NCBI RefSeq assembly: GCF_000143415.4
Contig: NW_003314321.1
Span: 310,001-374,000 of the forward strand
Source: Selaginella moellendorffii
Lineage: Eukaryota > Plantae > Lycopodiophyta
Direction of reading: 5' to 3'
DNA: 64,000 bases
The position numbers and the translations under genes were made by a program. Under the pieces are notes generated by a model. That model did not search any database, was not told the origin of the DNA, and worked only from the letters and a program-made list of their open reading frames with translations. Of the stretch, positions 12,081 to 23,412 are shown piece after piece; position 1 is the first letter of the stretch, and the number at the start of each line of letters is the position of its first letter.

Positions 12081-13988
12081 ATGGAGAACGAGCAGCTCCT
12101 GCTTGAGAAGCTCGAGAGCTCGAGCTGGAGTCCCGGTGAGGCTCAGGATAAAGTTCTGACCGAGATCCTGGGGAAGAATGCCACCACAGTCTACTTCAAC
12201 AGGCATGGATTGCGAGCAGCAACCAAGGAGGTGTTTCGGCAGAGAGCGCCGGTCATTGAGTACGAAGACATCAAGGATGAGATCAATCGAATTGCCGACG
12301 GCGAGGCCTCTACTTTGCTCTGTGCGAATCCTATCACGGATATGTTCACGAGGTAAGTTTCTCTCTAGGCCTAGTTTTTTCGATTTTGCAAACATCTTTT
12401 GGCAGCTCTGGGACCTCCGGCGGGGCTCACAAGCTGTTCCCGAAAGCGGAGGGACACTATGCTGTGTCGAATTACTTCTTTGATCTTGCCACCGCTCTGC
12501 TCAACAGGTATTCGTCGTCATTTTCCTCCAAAGCTTATGATTGTTTGTTCCTTCGAATCTGTAGGGACTTGCCTGGACTGAGGACCGGCAAGGCTTTGTA
12601 CTTCTTATACGTGAGAAGTGGCCGCAAGACTCCTGGAGGGCTTCCAGCTTATCCAGCACTGACGGGATACTACAACAGTCTTGAGTTCCGCAACCGGCCT
12701 TTCGATCCAAGCAACGATTATACAAGCCCCATGGAGGTGATACTTTGCACGGATAGCGTGCAAGCCTCCTACTGCCACTTGCTGTGTGGTTTGATCCACG
12801 CCCGAGACGTGACGAAGCTGGGCTGCTTCTTTGCGTCCGCGCTCGTGAGGTCGATAAGGTGCCTCGAAGCCTGGTGGCAGGAGCTGTCCAGGGACATACG
12901 AACAGGAACTTTGTCCGAGAGAGTTGTGGATCCGGCTTGCAGAGAAGCCGTGGAGAAGATCTTAAGGCCGGATCCAGAGCTTGCGAACGTGATCGACGAG
13001 GCGTGCTCGAGTGGAAGCTTGAAAGGAATCGTCCGGAAGCTGTGGCCCAGTGCCAAAGCTATCGACACAGTCGTCACCGGTGCTATGGAGCAGTATGTTG
13101 GAGAAGTCGACTATCTCACCGGCGGCCTGCCAATAGCATCGATGATCTACGCGTCCTCGGAGTCTTTCTTTGGAGTGAATCTCAAGCCGCTTTGCGAGCC
13201 GTCCCAGATCTCCTACATGTTTCTGCCCGAGACCTCCTACTACGAGTTTCTGCCGGTGGCTCGATCGGAGGAGAAAGTTTCTCGTAAAGAGCCCGTGGAA
13301 CTCGTTGATGTGGAACAAGGCCACGAGTACGAGCTTGTGATCACGACAAACGCTGGTAAAGCTTCCAGTTCATTGTCCTGGCTTGTGTCTTTATCTTTTC
13401 TGGCTCTTTCCATCAGGATTGTACAGATATCGCATGGGTGACGTTCTTAGAGTCGAAGGCTTCCACAACAAAGCTCCGCTCTTCAGCTTCGTCTGCCGGA
13501 GGAACGTTCTACTTAGCATCGACTCGGACAAAACGGACGAGAAGGAGCTCCAGACCGCAGTCATGAACGCGTTTGCGGCATTGCGAAACGGCGTCACGAG
13601 CAAGGAGGGGGAAGCAATAAGATTGACGGACTACACCAGCTATGCCGACCTCTCCTCCAATCCTCCGCACTACGTGATTTACTGGGAGCTGTCCAGCGAG
13701 CTTCACTTGGAACCGGAAAAGGCAGGAGAGTGCTGCTACAAGATGGAGGAATCACTGAGCGTGGTGTATCACAGGGGGAGGATGGAGAGATCCATTGGAG
13801 CTCTGGAGCTGAGGCTTGTGACACCAGGGACTTTCAATCGAATCGCTGATGATGCCGCATCCAGGGGTGGAAGTGTTGCTCAATTCAAGCTGCCAAGGTG
13901 TGTCAAGAAAAATGCGACCAGGATGCTGGAAATCGTGGAGAGTGGTGTATACCAGCAGTACTTCAGTCCAAGAGCACCGAAGTATTAA
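12081..13988 (+). CDS. GH3: GH3 acyl-acid amido synthetase (auxin/jasmonate-conjugating family), 4 exons
   Basis: Motifs TSSGTSGG, YASSE, YYEFLP, GLYRYRMGD, FVCRRNVLLSIDSDKTDE and QFKLPRC. Exons are approximately 12081-12352, 12406-12508, 12565-13355 and 13417-13988. Confidence 0.95.
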
Positions 13989-14110
13989 TATTATTTTGAT
14001 TGCTTGATCGTAAAAACTCTAAAATTACAGCAAATTTTATTATGGAAACTGCATGGTAAATTTAATTATGGAAACTACTATGGAAACTGCATGGCACACA
14101 ATAGTTGACA

Positions 14111-14210
14111 NNNNNNNNNNNNNNNNNNNNNNNNNNNNNNNNNNNNNNNNNNNNNNNNNNNNNNNNNNNNNNNNNNNNNNNNNNNNNNNNNNNNNNNNNN
14201 NNNNNNNNNN
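14111..14210. other. Assembly gap (100 N)
   Basis: Run of n. Confidence 1.
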
Positions 14211-14328
<118 letters not shown>

Positions 14329-15193
14329 ATATAACTTTTCTTTACATTACAATTAAAGGAGTTTTAATTAATGGTAAAACATTAAGAACTAGAGATAAAG
14401 AGAAAATAAAAACATTCATTTATTTAAAATAAAAAATAAATTAAATATAAAATATATCAGTAATAAAACAAAGTTATGTATATGAACCTTTACTATTAAT
14501 GTATTACCATCAAAAGATTCAATTTAACCTTTTTTAACTAAATGTAATTATTTCTTCCTTTCAGAGTTTCTTTTGTTAAAAAACTAAGGTTAACTAGGGG
14601 AGGTGGGATAATTTATATAATATAAATAAAAACAAAATTATTGAGGTCATATCTTATATTAAACAAACTTAGAATGTATACAACTAAATGCATTTATCAA
14701 TTAAATATTTTATATTTGTTACATTAATTAATTTAATACACTAACTAATTAAGTTTTATACCACTTCAATTAAAATTTATATTTATCAACACTGCTCCTT
14801 AGTTACTTTTCAATATAAAGGTGATTTTTCTGATCAGTTTCTTATGAACACTTGAAATAGTCAAAGATTATGCTTCAATTAAGGAGTTGAAGTTGTATTT
14901 ATGGTCTTTCTTTGGGAATATATTATATCAATTAATTTAATATAACATATTTTTAAATAATAGTTTTTATTAATAAAGTTTATTTTTAAATTAATATTTA
15001 TATAAATTTATTTCTCTTCAATCATATATAAATGATAAATAAAATTTATTATATTGACAAAAGTATAGAAAATTTAACTTCTAATAACACTTTAGCTATT
15101 TATCAATTATAACAATATTAAATTTATGGTAAACTGTGTAAAAAAATTATAATATGATATTTTAAACTTGCATAAAGATTTACATCATATACT

Positions 15194-15720
15194 TTAAATG
15201 CAAATAACAGTTGAAAAAGCACAAATAAACATGTTATTTGGATGTAAAGTAATATAGTCATTAATGTTAAGCCCACAATCATCACAAAAGTCCATCCAAT
15301 CATTGCTTATCATAAATTCCTTCCGGCCACTCCATTGAAGTTTAAATGTCTCTCCTATAAAAGCAAAAAGAATCATTAATAAAACAGTTAATACTCACTT
15401 AAAATTATATATCACTATCACCACAAGTCACATCCACTATATGTTTTGTATATCCAAGCATTGTAAGCCCCAACTTTTTTTTATACTCTACACAAAAAAA
15501 AAGAGGCATTAGAATATAAATTGCAAAAATATATACAAACTTACTAGTATGAACTGATATGAACAAAGGTGCATGGGCGAAAGTTTCACCACCAATGCAT
15601 TGTCACCAAGAAACTGAGCAAATTGCTCAGCTAAATGCTTGTGCCTTCCACAACCACGTCCATCCCAAGACTTCATAACTAGAAAAGAAAAAGTTATAAA
15701 GGTAATCAACACAAATTAAA
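15194..15720 (-). pseudogene. Possible B3/REM-like DNA-binding domain fragments
   Basis: GETFKLQWSGRKEFMISNDWMDFCDDCGLNINDYITL resembles the B3 C-terminal W-x-x-F-x3-x-L-x-x-x-D-x-x-x-F pattern. Short spliced fragments in AT-rich DNA with stops. Confidence 0.4.
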
Positions 15721-15901
15721 TGTACTTTTGCCCTTGAAATGCAAGCTGAATGTAGAATATCCCACTTGCGACGCTCTTTCACTGCCTGCTAGCTGCTACG
15801 TGCTGGGCGATCAGTGCTGCGCTCGCTGCTGCCAAAGAAATGCTGAAATGCTCGCGCCCTCAATCACACAGCTGCCTGCAATCGCTCTTTGCACCCTCCC
15901 C

Positions 15902-17720
15902 GCAAGAATCAATCACTAAACCCAAACAAGAGCGCCAATGGAACTTGTGAAATGGGTGAAGCTTCTTGTACACGAATGAATTGTCACTCACTCTCCAAAC
16001 CCTGAAGCCAAAAACAAAGATTTTTCTTGTGGTACGTCACCCTATTTTGCTTGGTTTTGTCGTTCCCAGAAAGAGGAATCGGAGAGAATTGCTGGAATAA
16101 GCGTCCAGTATGCTCCCGTGAGCGCAGAGCCGATAAATAACGAGGATATCACTGGAATTTAGCCTCTACTGGGTAAGCAAAAGAGTTTCCTTGTAGGCTG
16201 TTGCTCTTGTGGCTCCAGAGTATGGCATCAGAAAAAGCGTTCGGCATAGTTCTCCTGGAGATCATCACTGGCCGCAGAGTGATTGCCTGGTGGAATGGGT
16301 GAGTAATCACTATGACACGGTAGAACTTTTACCTCCTCTTTTTCACCAGGCTCGTCCAAAGCTTGAAATATGAGACGCGAAGTCACTGCTGGACCCCGAG
16401 GCTTGGGACTGACGTTGACGAATACCAAATTCAGCTCATGATTCATGCTGCCTGCAAGACGACCCGTCGCGAAGACTGAGCATCGTTCAGGTCAGTAAAA
16501 ACATGAAAATTCCATAGCTCACCAGCTTTTGCAGATTTTGCGTGCTCTTATCAGCGAAAACAAAGAAGTAAAAAGCTAGAAATCACAAGCTGCTCGGCAA
16601 GGTTTAGGACCCTCTTTTTGTTTAATGTCTGGTCTGGAACTTAGCTTTTAAACCTCGACAAACTTTCAAGAAGATCGCAAGTTCCAGCCTCGTCCTTGAC
16701 ATGTTCTTGAGACGGGCGCAGTAAAAAAGAGGTCTGTATTCCTCTTGGGGGCATTTCGCACTCTTTTTTGCCTTGGCAACAACATCAGGAAGAAGCCCTT
16801 TCATGACAAATCCTACATTGTGGACATAGTCCCCTGCCTCCTGTTTGGTCACAGAGATATATAGAAGAGCACAAAAAGAACGATCCGCGGCTCGCTAGTG
16901 CAAACGAGGCAGCTCCAACGATCCCCAGCACTGCGATTCCAGATCCGAAGTCCGGTGTGGGTCACCAAATGCAGGTTCTTCCGGCCTAAAATTGAGCTCT
17001 AGATAGCAAGAACCACTTTTCTAAGCAAAGAACAAAGAATGGATTCCAGCCTCGCCGCCACAGTGCGCTCGATCGAGCTCTAGCCCGGGTATTGCACGGC
17101 GAAAACTGGTGTTTGCTCATTTCTTCTCCGATTACGATAAATGTTTTTAGTATCTTGTTAAGCCATAAGATCTCATAAGGTTTGCGTGATTCGAGATCCT
17201 GAAACTCCTTAGTCAGCTCCTTTTCAAGAATGAGCCTTGACAGCATCCAGTTTCCAACAGAGAACTCTATCACCATACAAAATCCTTGCCATCCCAGAGA
17301 TCACCCTCGTGTAACGCAGACAATCTTGCTCGTCTGTGAGCTTTTTGAAGGTAGTAAACGTGTAAGTTACCTGGGAACGAGAACGTAAAAGATAAAAGAG
17401 AGGCAACAGTTTCGAATTAATGCTGTAGCAACGAAGGAACAAAAAAGCTTTCCGAACCTGTTATCGTGGGTATAACCATAATTCGACTCTTCCCTACTGG
17501 TTTGACTCTAGATTCCTCGGTATGTATTGTTTTTAGAGCCAATGACTCAGCTTCAAGCATTCACTCCAGTCTTACCCCAGCAGGATTTGAAAGCAATGCT
17601 CAGGGTGAGAAATGCACAAGAAATTAGACTTGGCAGAGATCGAGGAAGCAACTCACAGCTTCTCACAAGCAAACTTTTTGTCTGGAGGAGGATTTAGCCA
17701 TGTGTTCAAAGGCATACTAG
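15902..17720. pseudogene. Mosaic of deleted and inverted fragments of the four downstream genes
   Basis: 15902-16155 ~ 17720-17875 plus 18180-18265; 16166-16710 ~ 22074-22710; 16733-16940 ~ 22805-23078; 16940-17110 ~ reverse complement of 23460-23700; 17428-17716 ~ 21190-21530. Confidence 0.9.
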
Positions 17721-17823
17721 CAAGAATCAATCACTAAACCCACAATCAAGAGCGCGGGATGGAATCTGATAGAGCTTCTTGTAGCAAAAACGAAGATTTT
17801 TCTTGTGACGTACTGGGCCACTT

Positions 17824-20166
17824 CTATTTTACTTGGTTTTTGTGGTAGGCTCGTTTTGTTCCCAGAAAGAGGAGGAAGCTGGCGGCGGCTCCAACCAAGC
17901 TAACGAGAGAGAGTGCTACCAAGCCAAAGCCAAAGCATTTGGAGCCATAACAATTGTTAAGATCGTCACCGCCGGCTGGCACACTGGCTCCACCACTTTT
18001 CTGACGATACAATGCGGCTTCCTCGTCGTAGAGGGATCCCATCACTTTGGCTGACAGGATGTATGATCCAAGAGGCGGACCAAGCCTGGGTAACAAAGCG
18101 TGTAAGAGAGAGAGAGTTTCCATAGGGACTTACGAGACGAGCTTGTAGAGGACTGTGAAGTTCTGGACGCCAAACACCTCGGATAGAATTGCTGGAATAA
18201 GCGTCCAGTATGCTCCATATGAAAGTCCCGTGAGCGCAGAGCCGATAAATAACGAGGATATCACTGCAAAACCCAAAAGAGTTGTCTGTTTAGATAAACG
18301 AGCTCAGTCTGAACTTACATCCAGTAGCAAGAAGCAAACAACACAGAGCCATGATCATCTGATCAATGAGAAGGCACAGAGTTCGCGGATAGCCACGCCG
18401 CATCAAAAGATCCGACCCATACCTGCAAAGACATAGCATGAAGAGTAGTTTTTTATGAGGAAATAAAGTACCCCGATCCGAGTCGACCAAAACAACTCCA
18501 GACGCTGATCAGACCAACATAAATATCAGTTCCTCCAGCTCTAAGTGACTTTCCTATCTGCGAAACAAAGAACTAATAATGAATGAAGAGCTCAAGAAAC
18601 AGAAAATGACCTGAGCAAGGTTGTTGATTATTGCCACACCAGTTCCTGCTCCAATCGTCACGACAAGGAAAACCAACCTTGTTGGAGCAGACTTCGTTCG
18701 TTAAGTTGAAGTTTTGATATGAACTGTTTGTTTACCAGAAATTGAAGTCCGCGAGAGCGTCTTTGAGTGTAGTGTGACCAGTAGAAGCTGCGGCTGGGGT
18801 GGCAATCTGGCTGTGTGTCAAAACTTGAGAAGGGTCGGCCCCCGTTTTTAAGAGATTTAATCTTTCTTCTTCAGCGTCTTGAAGATCATATGCCTTTGTT
18901 TCTAGCTTTGGAAGATCAATGCCTTCAGAAGACGGCGGGAAAAACTTCCTAGGAAATCGAATCAGCTGTGGTATCGCAATTCAATGGAGTCAGATTCGTA
19001 GGTGATACACCGATGACTTAACTGGGATAGTGTACATTATTAGCATGATTGATAGCATGATAGTAATTGTCATAAGTTGTAAGAGCTTGCTTTCTTTAAA
19101 ATATTCCTGCGGTAGTGGAATTTTATTTTTTTTTCTTGAAGAGTAAAGTTTTGTACCTTTGAAGCCAATGAAACCATCATAAAAATTCCAAGCACGAGAA
19201 CGGTGATCTGCAGAACATGACTTAACACAAAACTATCACATGGGATTGACTTACAAATGCCATCTTGAAACGAGGAGGAGCCGATGGATCTTCATCCTCT
19301 GTGTGATCGAAAGGCCTGACAAAAAACGCCAGCAAAACATAGGCCAGTGTAGGAACCAGTGACATAAGCAGTAAGAACTGATTCACATTTGGCTCAAGAA
19401 ACACCTCGTAAATCTAGAAACACCAATAAGAGATTACTTTTTCGAAATGTATCATGGCTTTCTTACCATGACAAATATCGCCCCGCTAAGACCAAGCTGT
19501 GCTTTCAATATCCCCATCGCCGTCCCTCTTTGCTCTTCGTAGTTCTGCAAGCTAAGAGAGCTCGATAAGATCATAAGAAACACCATGTTGTGTACCTTGT
19601 CATCATGCAGGCTGTGTCAATCCAGTTATCTCCTCCATTCCCCACGGCAGAATACATGCACAACTTTCTTTCCAGGGAAACAAGAAACTCATCAGGACAA
19701 ATTTTAAAAGTACGAAACACGCAAAACATACCAGCCAGAACGAAGGGGCAACCTTGCCTGCTACAGTCATCCAAACCTACAAAATCCAGGAAATTGAGAA
19801 ACGTGAAAGGATGGAGAACAGTTAGTGACCATTGTGTAGCCAAAGAAATGCAAGGCAGCTCCAATTCCTATCGTCACCCAGGGAGGATACATATTGTAGA
19901 AAAGTCCGGAAAGAACTCCCACAACTCCTCCCAGATCTTTGGCAGCACCGATATCATCGACATCTTCCTGTGAAAAATGTAACCTTTGCTTCATATGCTC
20001 GCTGTAAACAGCATACGTGTATGTCAATCCGGCACAGCCCTGTATATGCAGACAAAATATAACACAAAATAAGAGCTTAACTTCTAGTAAGATCGATTAC
20101 CATCATTATCATCGCTGCCGAGAGGCCTAGCCATCGATCTAGACGAGGAACACAGAAAATCGTCAT
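17824..20166 (-). CDS. Nodulin-like major facilitator superfamily protein (NFD4-like), multi-exon
   Basis: MTIFCVPRLDRWLGLSAAMIM start, then TYTYAVYSEHMK, AKDLGGVVGVLSG, GNGGDNWIDTAC, PLGSYILS...LYDEEA and CYGSKCF near the C-terminus. Confidence 0.9.
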
Positions 20167-20530
20167 TCGGTTCTCTAGAGGGAGTTTCTGCGAGTACTCA
20201 ACCAAAAAATTAGGAATGAGATGAAAGAAATCTTACCGTAGAGCTGGAAGAACATCAGATCTTTGATCTGGAGCAGCGCATTGCTGCTAGCGTGCCAAGG
20301 TACCGTCAGACCTTAGGGCCGTTGCCGTCGCATTCTCGCCGGCGCCGACGAGGGCTTCAAAGCCTTCCAAAATTTTCCACGCATACGTGGCTCCCGTACT
20401 TATCTTGAAAAGCCTGGAGTGTTTAAACAAATATCCAGGGATCTTTCGCATATCCATCTTCGATTTTTGCACAATCCGTTGTCTATGATTTAAAAGCTGT
20501 AGAGAAAACAAAGAACGAAAGTAAGTGACA

Positions 20531-22595
20531 ATGGAAGAACAAGAAGAAGCGATGGCTTATGGTGTTGTGATAATCTTCGACACCTTGAGAGAGCTCTCTG
20601 ACGCTGCTGTGTTGTGGACCTTGGATCGAGTTGTCCAGCCAGGAACTCTCGTCACTCTTCTTGGCATACTCCACGAAGTTCTCACACCAAGTAAGAATGA
20701 GGAGGCGTTTCTGAAAGCTTTGATTTCTAAGTTTAGTTCTCCTTCCGCAAATAAATGTACCTTGTTTTGTCGTAGTGGGATATAGATCCAAGGTAGACTT
20801 CACATCGTTCAATGGAGTAAATGTCAAATCTCTCGAGGAGGAAGCAACAAAGACGGGAAGGTACTACAGGTTGAAGTCAGATGATTTTTTCAGCGCCTGC
20901 AAAGTTAAAAAGGCAAAGTCACACTAGCAAAGGAAAAATCGATTTGATACCGATATCTTTGTAGGTGAAACTGGAAGTGAAGATTGTTGCCGGCAGTCCC
21001 TTGAATGTCGTAGCAGTGAGCGAAACAAGGAAGCTTCAAGCCTCGTGGGTGATATTGGACAAGTAAACTTATCCAGTTTTCCTTTTTTCTTTTGCAAACG
21101 CTGTGTTTTGCTTATCTTAGGAACCTAAAACGATACGAGAGATACTTATCAGAGCATCTAGCGTGTAATATCGTGCTTATGAACCGTAACAACGAAGGAA
21201 GAATTGTAAAGCTTTCCGAACCTGTTATCGTGGGACCATCATTCGAGCTCCGCAAACTCTCCTCTGCCGGTTTGACTCCCTTTTCCTCGGCAAACAATGG
21301 TATGTATGAACATATTTGTTAGTTTTTAGAGCAAATGGCTTACCTTCAGGTGTTCACTCCAGTCTTATCCCAGCAGGATTTCGATAAGCGATGCTCAGGG
21401 TGTTACTGTAAGACAAGAAATGCACAAGAAATTAGAGAGTTTAAACTTGCAGAGATCGAGGAAGCAACTCACAGCTTCTCGCAAGCCAACTTTTTGTCTG
21501 AAGGAGGATTTGGCAATGTGTTTAAAGGCATTCTACTGGAACAAGGACTCGAAGTCGCTGTGAAAAGGCACAAGCTTAAAAGCACACAAGGAGATAAGGA
21601 GTTTTTTGCAGAAATAAAAGTTCTCTCACACACAAACCATGAAAACGTTGTCAGCTTGGTCGGATACTGCACTGAAAATGGTCAGAGAATCCTAGTTTAT
21701 GAATACGTCTGCGATGGTACACTGGCTTGGCACCTCTCCGGTAAGCTCTACTCTTAATTCTTATAACATCCACTAAAACCTTCACAGCAAAAAACTCTAC
21801 TGTGCTTTCATGGCCTGCAAGGCATACCATTGCTGTGGGTATTGCCAAAGCACTACGCTACCTTCACCACGAATGCACACAAGGCAGAGTTATCCACAGA
21901 GACATACGGCCACACAACATACTTTTAAGACATGACTTTACTCCAGTTGTGAGCTTCCGAGAGTAGAGACATTAGAGACATCTAATGACACGATGAGTTT
22001 CCACAGGTCGGAGACTTTGGACTTGCAAAATGGGAAAATGACTCGGCGGCACCGGAGACGACTCTAGTAGCAGCTACTGGGTAAGCAAAGCGGTTTTTTT
22101 GTAGGCTGCTGCTCTAAACTAAATGTGAAAAATGGCAAACATGGCATACCTGGACATTCAAAGGTATGTGGCTCCAGAGTATGGAGCAACTGGCGTGGCA
22201 ACAGAAAAAGCCGATGTTTATTCCTTCGGCATAGTTCTGTTGGAGATTATCACTGGCCGCAGAGCGATTGATTTGTCTTGCGAGCAGACGAGCCTGGTAG
22301 AATGGGTGAGTATTCGCTACTGCATGCTAGAGCTTTTACCTGATCTTTTTCACCAGGCTCGTCCAAAGCTTGAAGTTAGAGACGCGAAGTCACTGCTGGA
22401 CCCGAGGCTTGGGACTGACGTCGACGAATACCAAATACAGTGCATGATTCATGCTGCCGCGTTTTGCCTGCAAGAAGACCCGTCGCGAAGGCTGAGGATC
22501 AATCAGGTCAGTAAAAACATCAAAACTCGGTAGCTCACCAGCTTGTGCAGATTTTGCGTGTTCTTGTAAGTGAAAACGAAGAAGTAGGAAGCTAG
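20531..22595 (+). CDS. Receptor-like cytoplasmic kinase with N-terminal USP-like domain (HRDIRPHN type)
   Basis: The USP-like N-terminus has VLWTLDRVVQPG, TPMGY and ASWVILDK. Kinase motifs are LSEGGFGNVFKG, VAVK, HRDIRPHNILL, GDFGLAKW, YVAPEYG and KADVYSFG. Stop TAG at 22593-22595. One probable GC-AG intron at 20913-20964. Confidence 0.9.
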
Positions 22596-22655
22596 AATGA
22601 CAAGCTGCTCGAGACAAACATCTCTGGAACTTAGCTTTTAAAGCTCGAAAAACTT

Positions 22656-23269
22656 TCAAGAAGATCGTAAGTTCCAGCCTCTTCCTTGACACTCGAGACA
22701 TGTTCTTGAGCCGGAACAAGCCACGCAGTACTTCCACTTATTTGGCAACCTGTTCATATCAATTCGTAAGTATAGAAAAAACAAGAGGCAGCGAGTTTAC
22801 CCGGCTGTATTCCTCTTTGCGGCATTCGCACTCTTTTTTGCCTTGGCAGCAACATCAGGAAGAAGCTCTTTCATGACAAATCCTTGTCCACTACATTGTG
22901 GGCATAGTCCCGTGCCACTACAAGCTCCACAATCCTCCTGTTTAGACAACAAAGATTTATAGAATCGCAAAAAATCGTACTAGAAGTAGAACGAACCCTC
23001 GTTTGATCCGCAGCTCCCTTTTGCAATCTCGCCAATGCAAACGAGGCAGCTCCAACGATTCCCAGCACTGCGATTCCCGACGCCACATCTTCAAGAGCCG
23101 CGACGATAACACGATGGCGCTTTCGAGGCCTGGCTTCGACCAAACCACGAGAAGGAGAAGCGCTGCGAGGAGAAAATACTTCCTTTGATTGAAATCCATG
23201 AAATTTCACCTGCAATCCTTGATCGCCAGGGCGCATCCCTCCAACAAAGCGAAGATTGCAAGACGCCAT
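22656..23269 (-). CDS. Small DnaJ/Hsp40-type Cys-rich zinc-finger protein, probably plastid-targeted, 3 exons
   Basis: Transit-peptide-like N-terminus and a hydrophobic segment, then CGACSGTGLCPQCSGQG ... TAGLPNKWKYCVACSGSRTCLECQGRG (CxxCxGxG repeats). Confidence 0.85.
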
Positions 23270-23412
23270 CGCTAAGATGAAAGCCCTAAAGTTTTGAAAT
23301 GAACGGGTTGATTTAAACCACTGCCATGGACGGCCTGGATTGTTTTCTTTCTAACGATTAAGAGAGCATTCCACGTCAGCTTCTAAGTTAGGGTTTATAC
23401 AAGATTTTGAGA
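23270..23412. promoter_or_regulatory. 143-bp divergent intergenic region with telo-box
   Basis: Lies between divergent ATGs at 23269 (-) and 23413 (+). Contains TTAGGGTTT (reverse AAACCCTAA) at ~23388 and an ACGT core (CCACGTCA). Confidence 0.6.
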
